From a virus (lineage: Duplodnaviria; Caudoviricetes): DNA of 35,755 nt. The position numbers were made by a program, and so were the translations under genes. The notes beneath the pieces were generated by a model that was not told where the DNA came from, did no database searches, and saw only the letters and a list, made by a program, of their open reading frames with translations. The stretch covers positions 1 through 35,755 of IMG/VR virus record IMGVR_UViG_3300029775_000010. The stretch is one strand, 5' to 3'. Positions 7,787-17,851 of this stretch are shown in pieces. How positions within the stretch are numbered: position 1 is the stretch's first letter; every line of letters begins with the position of its first letter.

Positions 7787-8533
7787 TTACTCTGTCTCAT
7801 AAAATCCTTCACATCGTATTCGCTTTGTTCCTGATGCTGTCCACACACCAACATTCATGTCTGTTGAAAAAGTAATCTCGTCTGTTACAGCGTCAATGTA
7901 CCATTTGGTTGCTACGCTCAGAACAGAGCCATTATTCATTGCCATGCCATTTGTGCCACCCCAATAAGTTCCCGACTTAGCTGCTACAGGGAGTGACAGA
8001 GCCGCATTAGTACCGTTTGATGTTCCTGCTGTTATATCAATGGCAAAAAAACACATTTTTCCCACTTGAAAATATCTGTAAGTGCCAGTCGGTAACGCAG
8101 TCCAGCCTGATTGAGTTGGTGTCCAGCTTGTCCATGAAGGTGTCTGCAAAAATGCGCTGCTATCGAGCCCATCCAGTTTGTCAGAATCCGCCGCTTTGCC
8201 AGTTTTAAGCAGATAAGCTCCGTCAGCATAGCCTTTTCTAACAGCCTGATTTGCGGCAGTAGGGTTCGAGGCAGGTAAGACCGGAATCGAGGTAAATGTT
8301 TTCACCCCATCAACTGACTGATTTCCGGTAGTTTGAACAAACTCGGAGGAGTCAATTCCGTCCAACTTGTCAGAATCCGCCGCTTTGCCAGTTGTAAGCA
8401 GATACTGAGGGTGGTCGTTATCTTCCAGTCCTGTCAACGCTCCGTGGTCGGTAACACCGCCGCCCCCCTCACCTATTTTCGCGTACACTTCATCGTGGTT
8501 ATGTGAAGGTGGAATTGAGTAGAGCTTTGTCAT
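7787..8533 (-). CDS. tail fibre / receptor-binding-like protein
   Basis: DHGALTGLEDNDHPQY; duplicated GKAADSDKLDG (27 nt identical at 8178-8204 and 8367-8393); GNQSVDGVKTF; beta-rich C-terminal head. Confidence 0.65.
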   Translation of the reverse strand: MTKLYSIPPSHNHDEVYAKIGEGGGGVTDHGALTGLEDNDHPQYLLTTGKAADSDKLDGIDSSEFVQTTGNQSVDGVKTFTSIPVLPASNPTAANQAVRKGYADGAYLLKTGKAADSDKLDGLDSSAFLQTPSWTSWTPTQSGWTALPTGTYRYFQVGKMCFFAIDITAGTSNGTNAALSLPVAAKSGTYWGGTNGMAMNNGSVLSVATKWYIDAVTDEITFSTDMNVGVWTASGTKRIRCEGFYETE

Positions 8534-8545
8534 TATTGTCCTTTC

Positions 8546-9139
8546 CTAAAACACCATAGCATCGCCAGTGAGACCATAGCGGTTATACACAATGCGGATA
8601 ACGGTGTTGTTGTACGTAAGGTTGGCATAGTTGTCGTATTGTGGTTTGGAACTTGTAGTGTAAATGCCAAATTTCCAACCATCATTGTAAATACTGAACA
8701 AAGTTGGAGAATCAATCGCTAATTCATAGGCTCTGGACTCGGACATGTTTATCAGAGCAGAAGCGGCACGGTCGGTACCGTTTCCAGTTCCTCCCGCAAC
8801 GCTCCAGGCATTAGTGCCATTGTAGGTTTGCCAATTCAATGATGCTGTAATATTTTTTAGCACTCTGTAGAATGACGTGGTTAAACCATTCACCCCCGTA
8901 CCCGATGAGATTATGTATTTTGCGCTAACAAGGTTGTTTGGGGTAACTCTTCTGCTCACAAATTCTGAAAAATCAAAAGTAAAGAAATAGTGGTAATAGT
9001 AAGCGTATGCGGGATCACTCACATTTCTCCACCCAATGCGGGGAGTGCTGCTACTGCCGTTTGGATAAGTAGGATTGGGAGACATATTTGATCTTGCTAC
9101 TGTCAAAGCTGACGGTTTTACGTCAAAGGTTTCTATCAC
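8546..9139 (-). CDS. minor tail protein, DNRLRE/CBM-like domain
   Basis: FTFDFS...SAKY...YRVLK...NWQTYNGTNAWSVAGG...TDRA pattern; position among the tail-tip genes. Confidence 0.5.
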   Translation of the reverse strand: MIETFDVKPSALTVARSNMSPNPTYPNGSSSTPRIGWRNVSDPAYAYYYHYFFTFDFSEFVSRRVTPNNLVSAKYIISSGTGVNGLTTSFYRVLKNITASLNWQTYNGTNAWSVAGGTGNGTDRAASALINMSESRAYELAIDSPTLFSIYNDGWKFGIYTTSSKPQYDNYANLTYNNTVIRIVYNRYGLTGDAMVF

Positions 9140-9954
9140 TGTGGTACTCCTTGTAAGACCAACGTAATACTGAGACCTTTTGCGCCAGTTCCTGCCGCGG
9201 TCACATTCACTCCCAGAAAGCCGTTGGTAACAGCAGTTTTGTAAGACGCTGTAATAGTCCCACTTGCAGCCATTCCAGTTGCTGAAGCCGCAAGGCTCAA
9301 GGTTGCCATAGTACCGCCCTGATTAGATAGTACAACGGTTGTCGTTGTACTGCCTGCGATGGCAAGGTTTATTCTCGCGTCCACAACAACGAAGTTATTG
9401 AGCGACACCGCCCAGGGGAAGAAGTTGCCCAAGTTAATGGCTTCAACTGCGTCAAGCGGACTGGTTACCCTAATTACAAGTGTTCGTTTGATTGAACCAA
9501 GTTTTGCCTCAGTAACCGCATTGTCCGCAATTCCTGCAGCCAACACTTGTCCAAATCCTACGGTTGTACCAGCCCGTCTCAAAACCTGACCATCAGCACC
9601 TGCTACAATGTCCGCTGGGTTTGCCACCGCATTTGTACCGTTACCAATCACTGAGAGAGCAGCACTATCTCGTAATTTTGTAGCATCTACGGAGTTATCC
9701 GCAAGTTTCCCAGTGGTTACATTCAGGTCTTTGATTTTCGCACTTTCAACGGCATCATTGGCGAGTTTTGCAACCGTAACAATTGAATCAGCGAGTTGTG
9801 CGGTCGCAAACACTTTCAGGTTGCCTGCCTGTAATTTCTTTGTTTTGTTTGCAGAAACCGCTTCTGAAATATCAACAGCGGTGATCAAGTCACCTGCAGC
9901 CAAGTCCATGAGCTCTGTTAGCTCTGATACTTTTACTACAATAGGGTCAGCCAT
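9136..9954 (-). CDS. tail fibre protein
   Basis: VKVSELTEL N-terminus; 10-aa repeats (LADSIVTVAK/LANDAVESAK/IKDLNVTTGK/LADNSVDATK); DGQVLRR. Confidence 0.7.
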   Translation of the reverse strand: MADPIVVKVSELTELMDLAAGDLITAVDISEAVSANKTKKLQAGNLKVFATAQLADSIVTVAKLANDAVESAKIKDLNVTTGKLADNSVDATKLRDSAALSVIGNGTNAVANPADIVAGADGQVLRRAGTTVGFGQVLAAGIADNAVTEAKLGSIKRTLVIRVTSPLDAVEAINLGNFFPWAVSLNNFVVVDARINLAIAGSTTTTVVLSNQGGTMATLSLAASATGMAASGTITASYKTAVTNGFLGVNVTAAGTGAKGLSITLVLQGVPQ

Positions 9955-9972
9955 AATTATTTCTCCTCAGTA

Positions 9973-11277
9973 TTACTCAGGGATGTACTCCATCCCCCGA
10001 AATGTCGCAGTGGTAAGAAATCCACCAGCTAAATCGATCTCAAATCGTTCACCAACACCAAGCAGTTGTTTACTCCGGAATGAATCAATTTTGTACAACC
10101 CTCCGAGGGTCAAAATCATGGGGAACACTCGCACACGTGTTTGATGGCGTAAGTTGTAATATTCAACGATTTTTGCCAACACATCTGTTGCGTTTTCAGA
10201 ATTCACCAGCATCGCGTTTTCGATAGTGATTGCATTGGAAGTGTCGGATATTTCGTGATGTCTGTGAGGTCTGTCTGCAGACAGCCACGGATAACCCCAC
10301 AAGGTTATTTGACCCGCTACGGTGACATTTACTGAGACATAATTACTGCCAAACAGAAACGTTTCAGACTCAGATGCGACACGAGCGGTTGCCCAGGTGC
10401 TGCCTGAATCCTCAGTAACAATTACCCTACCGTCCTCAGTAGTGACATAAATGGGGACCGCGCCAGCTCCCTCGCCCCACACTTTCCAATATGGTTTGGG
10501 ATATGAAATAATATAATTTCCTGGCTCAAGCCAAGCGGAGTAAATTTCCTCGACTGTTTGTGCGGCTTCACCGAGATTGTAGTAATCGTGACTGATCAGT
10601 TCGATGTCTGTGATTTTTGGTAAGAGCGTGACCGTTTGGTCGTCTGTTTTTTCAGCGTTCAAGATGTCAGGATAAGGGTTCATCGGATTCTGAATTGGCA
10701 AGTTGGCTAATTTGAATCCCAAATAGGCACCAACTTGTGTCACAGTCGCTCTTGCCGCAAAGCAGACCTGTTGTAAGGCATCCCTGACACTCGATGGGGG
10801 AATCCAACCCTTGATCGTCACATTATTAAGGTTGAGATCTATCGCTGGGATCGCGGTGGTTTCTTTCAGAATGTCGTTTAAAACAATGCTTAAATTTGTG
10901 GCTTCCTCCCAAAACGACCCGGGATAATCAGTATTCGCACAAACACCCAGCAAGTCCACCAGCTCAAAGTTCAGAATATTCTCGGACTCCATTTTCCAGG
11001 AGTCGAGGTAGAATTTCCACGATATTTCATAGTTATCCCATCGAATCACCACATCAACGGGTAGATGTTTGGATAGCGCGTTGAAAAACTCCCCGTCTGA
11101 GAATATCGAAAACCGCGGGTCTGTGGTAAAGACTTGCGCCGATGCCGTGCTAACTGGCACTACCGCGCTTATCGGGTTGATTTCCAGTAACAAGCTGCAT
11201 TCCAACACATCAGAACCGGAAAACTCTATCGGCGTGTCGTCTAACACCATTCGGATAATGGGAGTAGTTTCTGCCAT
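9973..11277 (-). CDS. tail-tip / baseplate hub-like protein
   Basis: Second gene after the tape measure; GWIP..SVRDALQQVCFA motif seen in siphophage tail proteins. Confidence 0.65.
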   Translation of the reverse strand: MAETTPIIRMVLDDTPIEFSGSDVLECSLLLEINPISAVVPVSTASAQVFTTDPRFSIFSDGEFFNALSKHLPVDVVIRWDNYEISWKFYLDSWKMESENILNFELVDLLGVCANTDYPGSFWEEATNLSIVLNDILKETTAIPAIDLNLNNVTIKGWIPPSSVRDALQQVCFAARATVTQVGAYLGFKLANLPIQNPMNPYPDILNAEKTDDQTVTLLPKITDIELISHDYYNLGEAAQTVEEIYSAWLEPGNYIISYPKPYWKVWGEGAGAVPIYVTTEDGRVIVTEDSGSTWATARVASESETFLFGSNYVSVNVTVAGQITLWGYPWLSADRPHRHHEISDTSNAITIENAMLVNSENATDVLAKIVEYYNLRHQTRVRVFPMILTLGGLYKIDSFRSKQLLGVGERFEIDLAGGFLTTATFRGMEYIPE

Positions 11278-11651
11278 TAGGTTGTTGGTCTCTTACCCCT
11301 CGAAACAAAAGAAGTCGATAATCCCTTCCAATACGTTATCCCGTTTTTCTGTTTCAAAACTTCGTGCTTCGTGCCCGCAAAATAACCTTCAATCTCACGT
11401 TCTCCAAAAATCGTTGGGAATACCACCGTATGCCAGGGGGTGGGCTCAGTAAGTTTGAACCAAAGGTCAGAATAAGCTTGCGAGTTGCTGTACGAAGCTG
11501 CAAACTGGATTTCGTAATTATCATAAACGCCAATCAACTCACGATGCAGTATGCCGTCAACCGTCCGCTCTGCGTACTTATCGAGCATGTCAGCTTGTCC
11601 TGATAGCGAGACAATCGGAATGTCATAGTCAATGCCGTCGATCACAATCAT
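11277..11651 (-). CDS. distal tail (Dit)-like protein
   Basis: Directly follows the tape measure; AERTVDGILHRELIG motif. Confidence 0.65.
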   Translation of the reverse strand: MIVIDGIDYDIPIVSLSGQADMLDKYAERTVDGILHRELIGVYDNYEIQFAASYSNSQAYSDLWFKLTEPTPWHTVVFPTIFGEREIEGYFAGTKHEVLKQKNGITYWKGLSTSFVSRGKRPTT

Positions 11652-13939
11652 CTTATTCCACTCCCTGAGATTAGACTTGTGCCTACTCGTCGGTCTATCT
11701 TCTTGACCGCTTCATACAACACTTGACCGTCAAGTTTGATTACGTTACGGATTAGTCCGTTATCCGCGCCAGTGTTGAGACCTCGACGCGCCAGAACATT
11801 GTCTACCGCTTGCTCGATGGTCTTCAAAGGGGCTTCGATGTTCGTGCCAGACCGTTGGTCGCCTAATACCGCCGCAAACGGTGCGTTGGGCGGGATGACC
11901 GCGCCAGTGGCAAGCATGGGTATTTGAGGGGCTGAAATCGTCGCAATGTTGAAGCCAAAAGAGTTCCCGCCAAGTCCAGGAATCCAATCGGGGATTTTGA
12001 AATTCAGCTTGTTCAACAATCCGATCACCGCATTGATACCATCCACAATCCCCCGGATCATTCCGTTGATAAAACCGATAATGCCGTTGATCACACCTTT
12101 GATAACATTGCTAATGTCTTCCCATACTGAGGTAAAACCTTCTTTGATGGGATCGAGTACTTTCTCAGTAAACCAGTCTTTTGCGCCTTGCCAGAGTTCC
12201 TTGATTCCATCCCAGGTGTCACTGGCCCAGCCCGATATGCTTTCCCAGACACCCTTGAACCACTGTCCAACCGGCTCCGTTACCTTCGTCCGAAACCACT
12301 CAGGCAAGCCAACAAAAAAACTCTTAATGTCCTCAGCGGCTTTTTTAATCCACGCAACAATCGCTTCCTTATTTTCGTAAATTAATAACCCTAATCCAAC
12401 AATGGCCCCGATCAGTAAGGCAATTGGGCCAAGAAATATGAAGCCAATAATTGAGGCCAATACAATCAGGGAGTGTTTATATTTATCAACCCAAGCAATT
12501 GCTGTCTCCCAACTATTTGCCAACCAACCAAGCGCCGCAAGTAAGGCAACAACCGCGGCGATAACCAACAACGTCGGCGCATAAACAGCAGCCACAGCAA
12601 TGGCTAACCCTGCGAAAATTACCAACAACAAATTGAACGCATCTGGATTTTCTTCAATCCAGTTTGCAAAACCTTCGATTGCTTTTGCAAGCAGATCAAT
12701 GATGAAAATCACACCATCACGAACAAGTGCGATAAAAGGACCAAAATCCATCCCGCCAGGGAAAAACTTCTCAAACGCCCCAACCACGGCATCCTTGAGT
12801 TTGCCAAGAGACTCACCTAACCTGCCAAACGCCTCACCTAAAGGCGCAAAAAACTCCTTTACCCTGGTAACAAATCCTCGGAGTTTTTCTTCCATTTCGT
12901 CAAGCCACTCTTCCATTCCAGGGAATAAACCTTGCTCTTCTTCCTCGGGTAAGCCACCCCCGCCACCGCCACCGCTTCCTGTCGCTGGTTTCTGTAAGAC
13001 ATTCAGCTTATCGAATGCAGCAAGAGAACCTTTTGCGGCTTTATTTGCGTCCTCAAGATTGCCGGCCATCTCACCCGTCGCATCAGCCGCATCCTGAGCA
13101 CCGCTTGCGGCATCCTTCATGCCAACGTCGGTGCCAAACAACAAATTCATCACACGCCCGATGATGTTGAACCAGTATGTGAACCACTTGACCACCGCAA
13201 TGATCTTTGGCAGGATCGCATTCAAGAGCGGAATGAGCATGTTTCCGACAGACTCCTTCAACCCGACCATTGCAGCGGTAAGCTGAGCAACCTTACCAGC
13301 GTAGGTTTCGGTGTACTCGGCGGCAGCCCCAGCATAGACCGCACCCTCTTTCATAAAGCCCTCGAACTCAGCGATAAGTTTCTGTTCATGCGTCAAGGCA
13401 GAAATGGTTGTCCCCATTTCTTTGGCGTATGCTTGCCACATTTTGTACATGTTCTTTTCGATACCAGAAGAATCTGTCAGGATAGATCGCTCTGTCCGCA
13501 AGCCCATTGTGGTTTTCTCGATAGCATCACCGATAGCCAGTTGCCCTTTACGAAGGTATACCGAACTGTCCTTCATAATCAGCAACATCTTCTCAAGCTG
13601 GTCTGTGCTGTACCCACGGGCAAGCATGTTCTTGTAGGCTTGCTGGGCGTTCATCATTGGCACTAAGCCGTCTTCGGTATACTCTTTCAGAAACTCATTG
13701 ATGCGACCGAGGTCTTTACCATAGGCGTTTGCCATGTATCTCAAGCCCTGCCAGCCAGCTTCCATTTGCATAGCGGTCTCTACGCTTTTCTTACCAAAGT
13801 TGACCATGCCAGCCACACTGAAAGCGACACCAAGTGCCGCTGCTAAGCCGCCCAGGCTGGACATCATCATCTTTATGCCAGTGTTGAAACCCTTGCCGTC
13901 AATTTTTGTATTTATGCGGATTGAGCCATCATACGCCAT
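11648..13939 (-). CDS. tape measure protein
   Basis: MAYDGSIRINTKID start (TAATG coupling); Ala/Gly-rich helices; Trp-spaced repeats; hydrophobic segments; C-terminal IPMLATGAVI. Confidence 0.9.
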   Translation of the reverse strand: MAYDGSIRINTKIDGKGFNTGIKMMMSSLGGLAAALGVAFSVAGMVNFGKKSVETAMQMEAGWQGLRYMANAYGKDLGRINEFLKEYTEDGLVPMMNAQQAYKNMLARGYSTDQLEKMLLIMKDSSVYLRKGQLAIGDAIEKTTMGLRTERSILTDSSGIEKNMYKMWQAYAKEMGTTISALTHEQKLIAEFEGFMKEGAVYAGAAAEYTETYAGKVAQLTAAMVGLKESVGNMLIPLLNAILPKIIAVVKWFTYWFNIIGRVMNLLFGTDVGMKDAASGAQDAADATGEMAGNLEDANKAAKGSLAAFDKLNVLQKPATGSGGGGGGGLPEEEEQGLFPGMEEWLDEMEEKLRGFVTRVKEFFAPLGEAFGRLGESLGKLKDAVVGAFEKFFPGGMDFGPFIALVRDGVIFIIDLLAKAIEGFANWIEENPDAFNLLLVIFAGLAIAVAAVYAPTLLVIAAVVALLAALGWLANSWETAIAWVDKYKHSLIVLASIIGFIFLGPIALLIGAIVGLGLLIYENKEAIVAWIKKAAEDIKSFFVGLPEWFRTKVTEPVGQWFKGVWESISGWASDTWDGIKELWQGAKDWFTEKVLDPIKEGFTSVWEDISNVIKGVINGIIGFINGMIRGIVDGINAVIGLLNKLNFKIPDWIPGLGGNSFGFNIATISAPQIPMLATGAVIPPNAPFAAVLGDQRSGTNIEAPLKTIEQAVDNVLARRGLNTGADNGLIRNVIKLDGQVLYEAVKKIDRRVGTSLISGSGIR

Positions 13940-14556
13940 TAGCGTTTCCTGCCTTCCCAAAATCGCTTTTGATCTTCTTCTGGTAACATACTGATAAACG
14001 CAATCTCATCAGGATCAAGAGGTTCATAACTTTCTTCCTGTTCAAGTAGAAAATCATTGCCTAACCGCGCTACCAGTTTCTTTTCTTCGTCGTTGAGCTT
14101 GCCGTCGTGATACCGATTTCGCAGGTTGACCATCGAATTGAATGCCGTATCTGCGCCCAAGTCCATGAAAAGGGCGATGAACCGCCACCAGTGCATGTCT
14201 GCCGTCTGCAGATCAACGCCGTGTGTCTGTGAGAATGCTGAGTAAATCAGACGTGCGTCTTTGATGAATGAGTAGAGTCGTGGCTTTCCTTCTGTGTCGC
14301 GCTCTGCCTCGCCCCCAGCGTTCAAAAACTTTACTGCCTTCTCCATTGCCTTTTGGTAGAACTGAACGTCCCTGTCGTCTGGCAGATCAATGTAAAGTCG
14401 ATTGAGCATCAGGTAGGCTTTCTCGTCCTGGTCGAAATCAGGATTCTCGAAGTCTGCCATTATCTGCAGCCCAACGCGAAAATCAGTATTGACGGCGTAT
14501 ACTTCACCGTCAATTTCAATCGCATCAGGAAATTGCTCAATCAGAAAGCTATTCAC
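13939..14556 (-). CDS. Gp15-family tail assembly protein (A118 gp15-like)
   Basis: VNTDFRVGL, DARLIYSAFSQTHGVDL, MHWWRFIALF motifs. Confidence 0.85.
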   Translation of the reverse strand: MNSFLIEQFPDAIEIDGEVYAVNTDFRVGLQIMADFENPDFDQDEKAYLMLNRLYIDLPDDRDVQFYQKAMEKAVKFLNAGGEAERDTEGKPRLYSFIKDARLIYSAFSQTHGVDLQTADMHWWRFIALFMDLGADTAFNSMVNLRNRYHDGKLNDEEKKLVARLGNDFLLEQEESYEPLDPDEIAFISMLPEEDQKRFWEGRKR

Positions 14557-14997
14557 TTATTTCATTACCTTCTTGCCAGGGGCTTTCTTCAGTTCGTCTT
14601 TCAGCTTCTTTTCGCGGTATCTTGAAATGTGAGCCAGAACTGCCTGGATCACCTCGCCGTAAGCATCAGGATTGAAACTGTTTCCAAACAAGCGTTGGCA
14701 AGTTCCCTCGCCGAAGACGTTGTCCATCCCTTGAATTACGTGACTGGCAAACTCGGTCTGAATGTCGATCAAAGCCAACGCCATTAATGGTGCGCCGTTG
14801 TCGTCTTCTCCTTCAAGCGCACGTGCCTCTTTTTCCTTAACCTCAAACTCCTTCTGTTTTCCACTAAGCGAACTGTATAAGACCTTCAGCCTTCCATAGA
14901 AGTTCAGGTCTTCCGCATCAAACGTGATCCACCTGGACTCGTCATCGTTGATACACAGAGTCCGCTGGCTATCGGTTTTGATATTGATTGATTCCAT
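14557..14997 (-). CDS. tail assembly chaperone
   Basis: Between tail tube and gp15-like gene; MDNVFGEGTCQRLFG motif. Confidence 0.75.
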   Translation of the reverse strand: MESINIKTDSQRTLCINDDESRWITFDAEDLNFYGRLKVLYSSLSGKQKEFEVKEKEARALEGEDDNGAPLMALALIDIQTEFASHVIQGMDNVFGEGTCQRLFGNSFNPDAYGEVIQAVLAHISRYREKKLKDELKKAPGKKVMK

Positions 14998-15000
14998 CGA

Positions 15001-15507
15001 CTATTCCTCTTCTACAAAGGCTAAGGTGTTCGGCTGAAAAGTGCCAAACACAGCGTCACCCATAACACCAGCGGTTACTGAGTGCTTGAGTGTTTTGAGT
15101 GCCTCATCGCCAATTGTTTCAACTGAAATTGAAACGTTGTATTTCTTGGCAGGGTACAAAAAGTTTGGTGTAGTGCCTGTAGGGTCTTGCCAAAGTTGCA
15201 CGGACACGATGCTGGTCTCAACGTCTGTCAGGGTTAAGTCCTCCCACTCCAAGTCTGTCAGAAATACAGACACGGGATCGTCCTCGTCCACGTTGATCTC
15301 AAACGTGAACTCAGGCGCAAGGCTTTCGAGTTGTTTGCTGCCAACATCATCAGCGATGTAACCCTCCTCAAGATAGGTTGGGTTTTTATTGATGCTCAAA
15401 CTGGTAATACCAGTGTTCATCAACGACCATGTTTCACCACCAGATGGAGTTGTCTCGTCTGGCGTTGTGTTCATAAAATGTTGGAGTTTTGATCTTTTAA
15501 TAGCCAT
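15001..15507 (-). CDS. major tail (tube) protein, paralog 2
   Basis: Paralog of 15525..16001; GAAAGGA RBS; position between neck and chaperone genes. Confidence 0.75.
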   Translation of the reverse strand: MAIKRSKLQHFMNTTPDETTPSGGETWSLMNTGITSLSINKNPTYLEEGYIADDVGSKQLESLAPEFTFEINVDEDDPVSVFLTDLEWEDLTLTDVETSIVSVQLWQDPTGTTPNFLYPAKKYNVSISVETIGDEALKTLKHSVTAGVMGDAVFGTFQPNTLAFVEEE

Positions 15508-15524
15508 CGTTTAGTCCTTTCTAA

Positions 15525-16001
15525 TTAGCTTGCGCTAAAGGCTTTGGAAGAAACATCGAATGTCCCAAAGGTTGCGTCGCCCATAACACCACAGGTAACA
15601 GAGTGCTTGAGTGTCTTCAACGCTTCGTCACCGATGGTTTCAACAGAAACAGAAACCTTGTACTTCTTTGCGGGGTAGGAAGTTCCAGTCGGGGTTTTCC
15701 AATATTGCACAGAAACAATGTCTGTTTCAACATCGGTCAAGGTTTTATCGTTCCATTCCAAACCAGTCAAGAACTTTGAAACTTCGTCAGCCGCATCCAT
15801 GTTGATTTCAAACGTGAACTCAGGCGCAAGGCTTTCGAGTTGTTTGCTGCCGACCTCATCTGCGATATACCCTTCCTCAAGGTAGGTTGGGTTTTTGTTG
15901 ATGCTCAGACTGGTGATACCAGTGTTCATCAAGTAGTAAGTTGCCGTGCTTGACGGCGTAGTGTTCATAAAATGTAACAGTTTTGAACGCTTGATTGCCA
16001 T
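15525..16001 (-). CDS. major tail (tube) protein, paralog 1
   Basis: MAIKRSKLLHFMNTTP...NPTYLEEGYIAD...GTFDVSSKAF, typical of A118-like/Firmicutes siphophage tube proteins; GAAAGGA RBS favours ATG 16001. Confidence 0.8.
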   Translation of the reverse strand: MAIKRSKLLHFMNTTPSSTATYYLMNTGITSLSINKNPTYLEEGYIADEVGSKQLESLAPEFTFEINMDAADEVSKFLTGLEWNDKTLTDVETDIVSVQYWKTPTGTSYPAKKYKVSVSVETIGDEALKTLKHSVTCGVMGDATFGTFDVSSKAFSAS

Positions 16002-16005
16002 GTTG

Positions 16006-16467
16006 TTAAATCCTTTCGTAAGTAAGTCTGCAAGGCACTTCATAAGTGCTTACATCAGAATCCCCCTGGTCGAGCAAGTAACCCTGACCAAGAGCTTCAA
16101 TTTCATAAACAGTTTCACCACTGCTCAACGTAGGATAGTTTTCCGCCTCGTTCTGAGCGTCAAGCCATTTCCCAAATTTCTCAAAAAAACCTTGTGTCTG
16201 CAATCTCGCCAGATCGTCAGCGTTTGAAGAATTGACCTGAAGCGCAAATGGGAACTCATACATTCCCCCTTTTGCTGGGTAACTGTATATTTGTTTATCG
16301 CCAGGCAACGGGAATATTCCGTAACTATCTGGTGTTTGTTCTAACCAGTTGACCAGAGGTGTCAGCCCCATTTCAGACAAAAGTGTGCATCCTGAAATGT
16401 AAGTCTGCAACGCCTGAATAATGGTTGTTCCTGTTTCTTCGATAGGTTCTTCAGGTTCTTCACTCAT
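16006..16467 (-). CDS. tail terminator-like neck protein
   Basis: Synteny (just before the tube gene); FFEKFGKWLDAQN...YPTL...YEVPCRLTY. Confidence 0.65.
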   Translation of the reverse strand: MSEEPEEPIEETGTTIIQALQTYISGCTLLSEMGLTPLVNWLEQTPDSYGIFPLPGDKQIYSYPAKGGMYEFPFALQVNSSNADDLARLQTQGFFEKFGKWLDAQNEAENYPTLSSGETVYEIEALGQGYLLDQGDSDVSTYEVPCRLTYERI

Positions 16468-16880
16468 TATCCGCTTCCTCCACCAGCCATTGTCTTAGCC
16501 GTGTTTACAATTTGTTTCCCGTGTTGCGCTCTGACTTTCCTGAACCAATAATTGCCATGATGGATTTTCGGTAAGTTGCTTTTGTGCGCCCTGCGCCATC
16601 CGTAGTATTGCGGTCTCGTGTAAGGTCGCCCTTGCGCTCTCCACATAACCAGACCTGAGCCAATCCGCGTCAACCTGCGTCCTGATAAAAGCAGTTCGCC
16701 TGTGTCAACAGGGATATAATTCTCAGAGTAATAAAGCACTCTCGCATCTACAAACCTTTGAGCGCGGTTATATCTGGTGTTTCGCTGCCTTGCAAAATTA
16801 GGATCCCACTTGACCAGCATATCGCCGTTCCGCGTCTTAATGATTCTGTCCTGGGGTTGGGTAACATAGACGTTATCCAT
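16467..16880 (-). CDS. minor capsid / tail completion protein (Minor_capsid_2-like)
   Basis: AQRFVD...YIPVDTGEL...PYTRPQYYG...GNYWF. Confidence 0.75.
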   Translation of the reverse strand: MDNVYVTQPQDRIIKTRNGDMLVKWDPNFARQRNTRYNRAQRFVDARVLYYSENYIPVDTGELLLSGRRLTRIGSGLVMWRAQGRPYTRPQYYGWRRAHKSNLPKIHHGNYWFRKVRAQHGKQIVNTAKTMAGGGSG

Positions 16881-17248
16881 TACTTACCGCCAATCTGAAC
16901 GTGCTGTAATGCGCCGTAGTCCTTCCAGTCCACAGTCCTGATCTGAATTGTGCGCGGATAGGCAGCAATCAAAGCCGTGGGTGTAAAGCTCGCACTCAAC
17001 TCTTCGCTTGCTTCCCCGGGCACTAAGTAATCGCCGATCTTGAAAGTCAATTCCGCTGAGCGGTCTGTGCCATCCGATGTAACAAACGGCACATAGACAA
17101 TCGCTTTGTCCGAATCAAGCAAACCTGATTTTTTGGTGTTAGCGACCTTTTGGGCTTGCCACATCACATCTGTCACCACCCTGCGTGTAAACACGTTTGC
17201 GGTGGTAGTTTTTGCGTACCAGGTCATTGTGTGCGGAAACTTAGACAT
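16880..17248 (-). CDS. head closure (head-tail adaptor) protein
   Basis: FPHTMTWY...FKIGDYLVPG...HVQIGGK; synteny. Confidence 0.65.
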   Translation of the reverse strand: MSKFPHTMTWYAKTTTANVFTRRVVTDVMWQAQKVANTKKSGLLDSDKAIVYVPFVTSDGTDRSAELTFKIGDYLVPGEASEELSASFTPTALIAAYPRTIQIRTVDWKDYGALQHVQIGGK

Positions 17249-17844
17249 CAAATCCTCTTATAGCGGTAACGGTTCAGAATATCCTTCTCGCTCATCAATA
17301 AAGTCCGTGCAGCGGATACGCCTTTGTCGGACTCACCCGATGATCCACCTGCGGTTTCGTAGGTTTCGGACCAGTCCCCGACACTCACCGACTGCAACCC
17401 TGACACAAAATCCTGTCGTCTCGCTTTCAGTTGCGCCTGATATAACCGTGCGGCTGATCGGTAACAAACGCCCTTGACATCTTCAGGGACACTGACATAG
17501 CCGTGGGTGTAAACGATCTCGATGTTTCGAGCACCAACTGTCCACACGCCATACTTGCGCCAGAGCACCCCGTTTTCAGCCAAAGCATAGTAAGTCGGGT
17601 CTAAGAGCACCCCATCCACTTTAACGCTTGTAATCGAAACAACAGGCAACTCAGGCAAAAACAATTTGGTCGATCCAGTGCCGTCAAGCTGGATAGTATC
17701 GTCTGAGACTTGCTCAATTTTCTGATTGCAATAATTTTGAATTACTGCAGTTGCCTCATCAATCGCCAGAAGTGCTTGCGCGTCATCTGGCAATATTGTT
17801 GTGCCTAAAAAGGTATTGATGTCGTCAATTGAGCAAAATCCCAT
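17248..17844 (-). CDS. head-tail connector protein
   Basis: IQNYCNQ, LPELPVVSITSV, YTHGY..VPEDV, SVSVGDWSETY, ILNRYR. Confidence 0.8.
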   Translation of the reverse strand: MGFCSIDDINTFLGTTILPDDAQALLAIDEATAVIQNYCNQKIEQVSDDTIQLDGTGSTKLFLPELPVVSITSVKVDGVLLDPTYYALAENGVLWRKYGVWTVGARNIEIVYTHGYVSVPEDVKGVCYRSAARLYQAQLKARRQDFVSGLQSVSVGDWSETYETAGGSSGESDKGVSAARTLLMSEKDILNRYRYKRI

Positions 17845-17851
17845 CTGTCAC

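Noticed and set aside
7787-9954. Diversity-generating retroelement targeting tail fibres
   Set aside because: No reverse transcriptase and no adenine-specific TR/VR repeat pair seen in the window.
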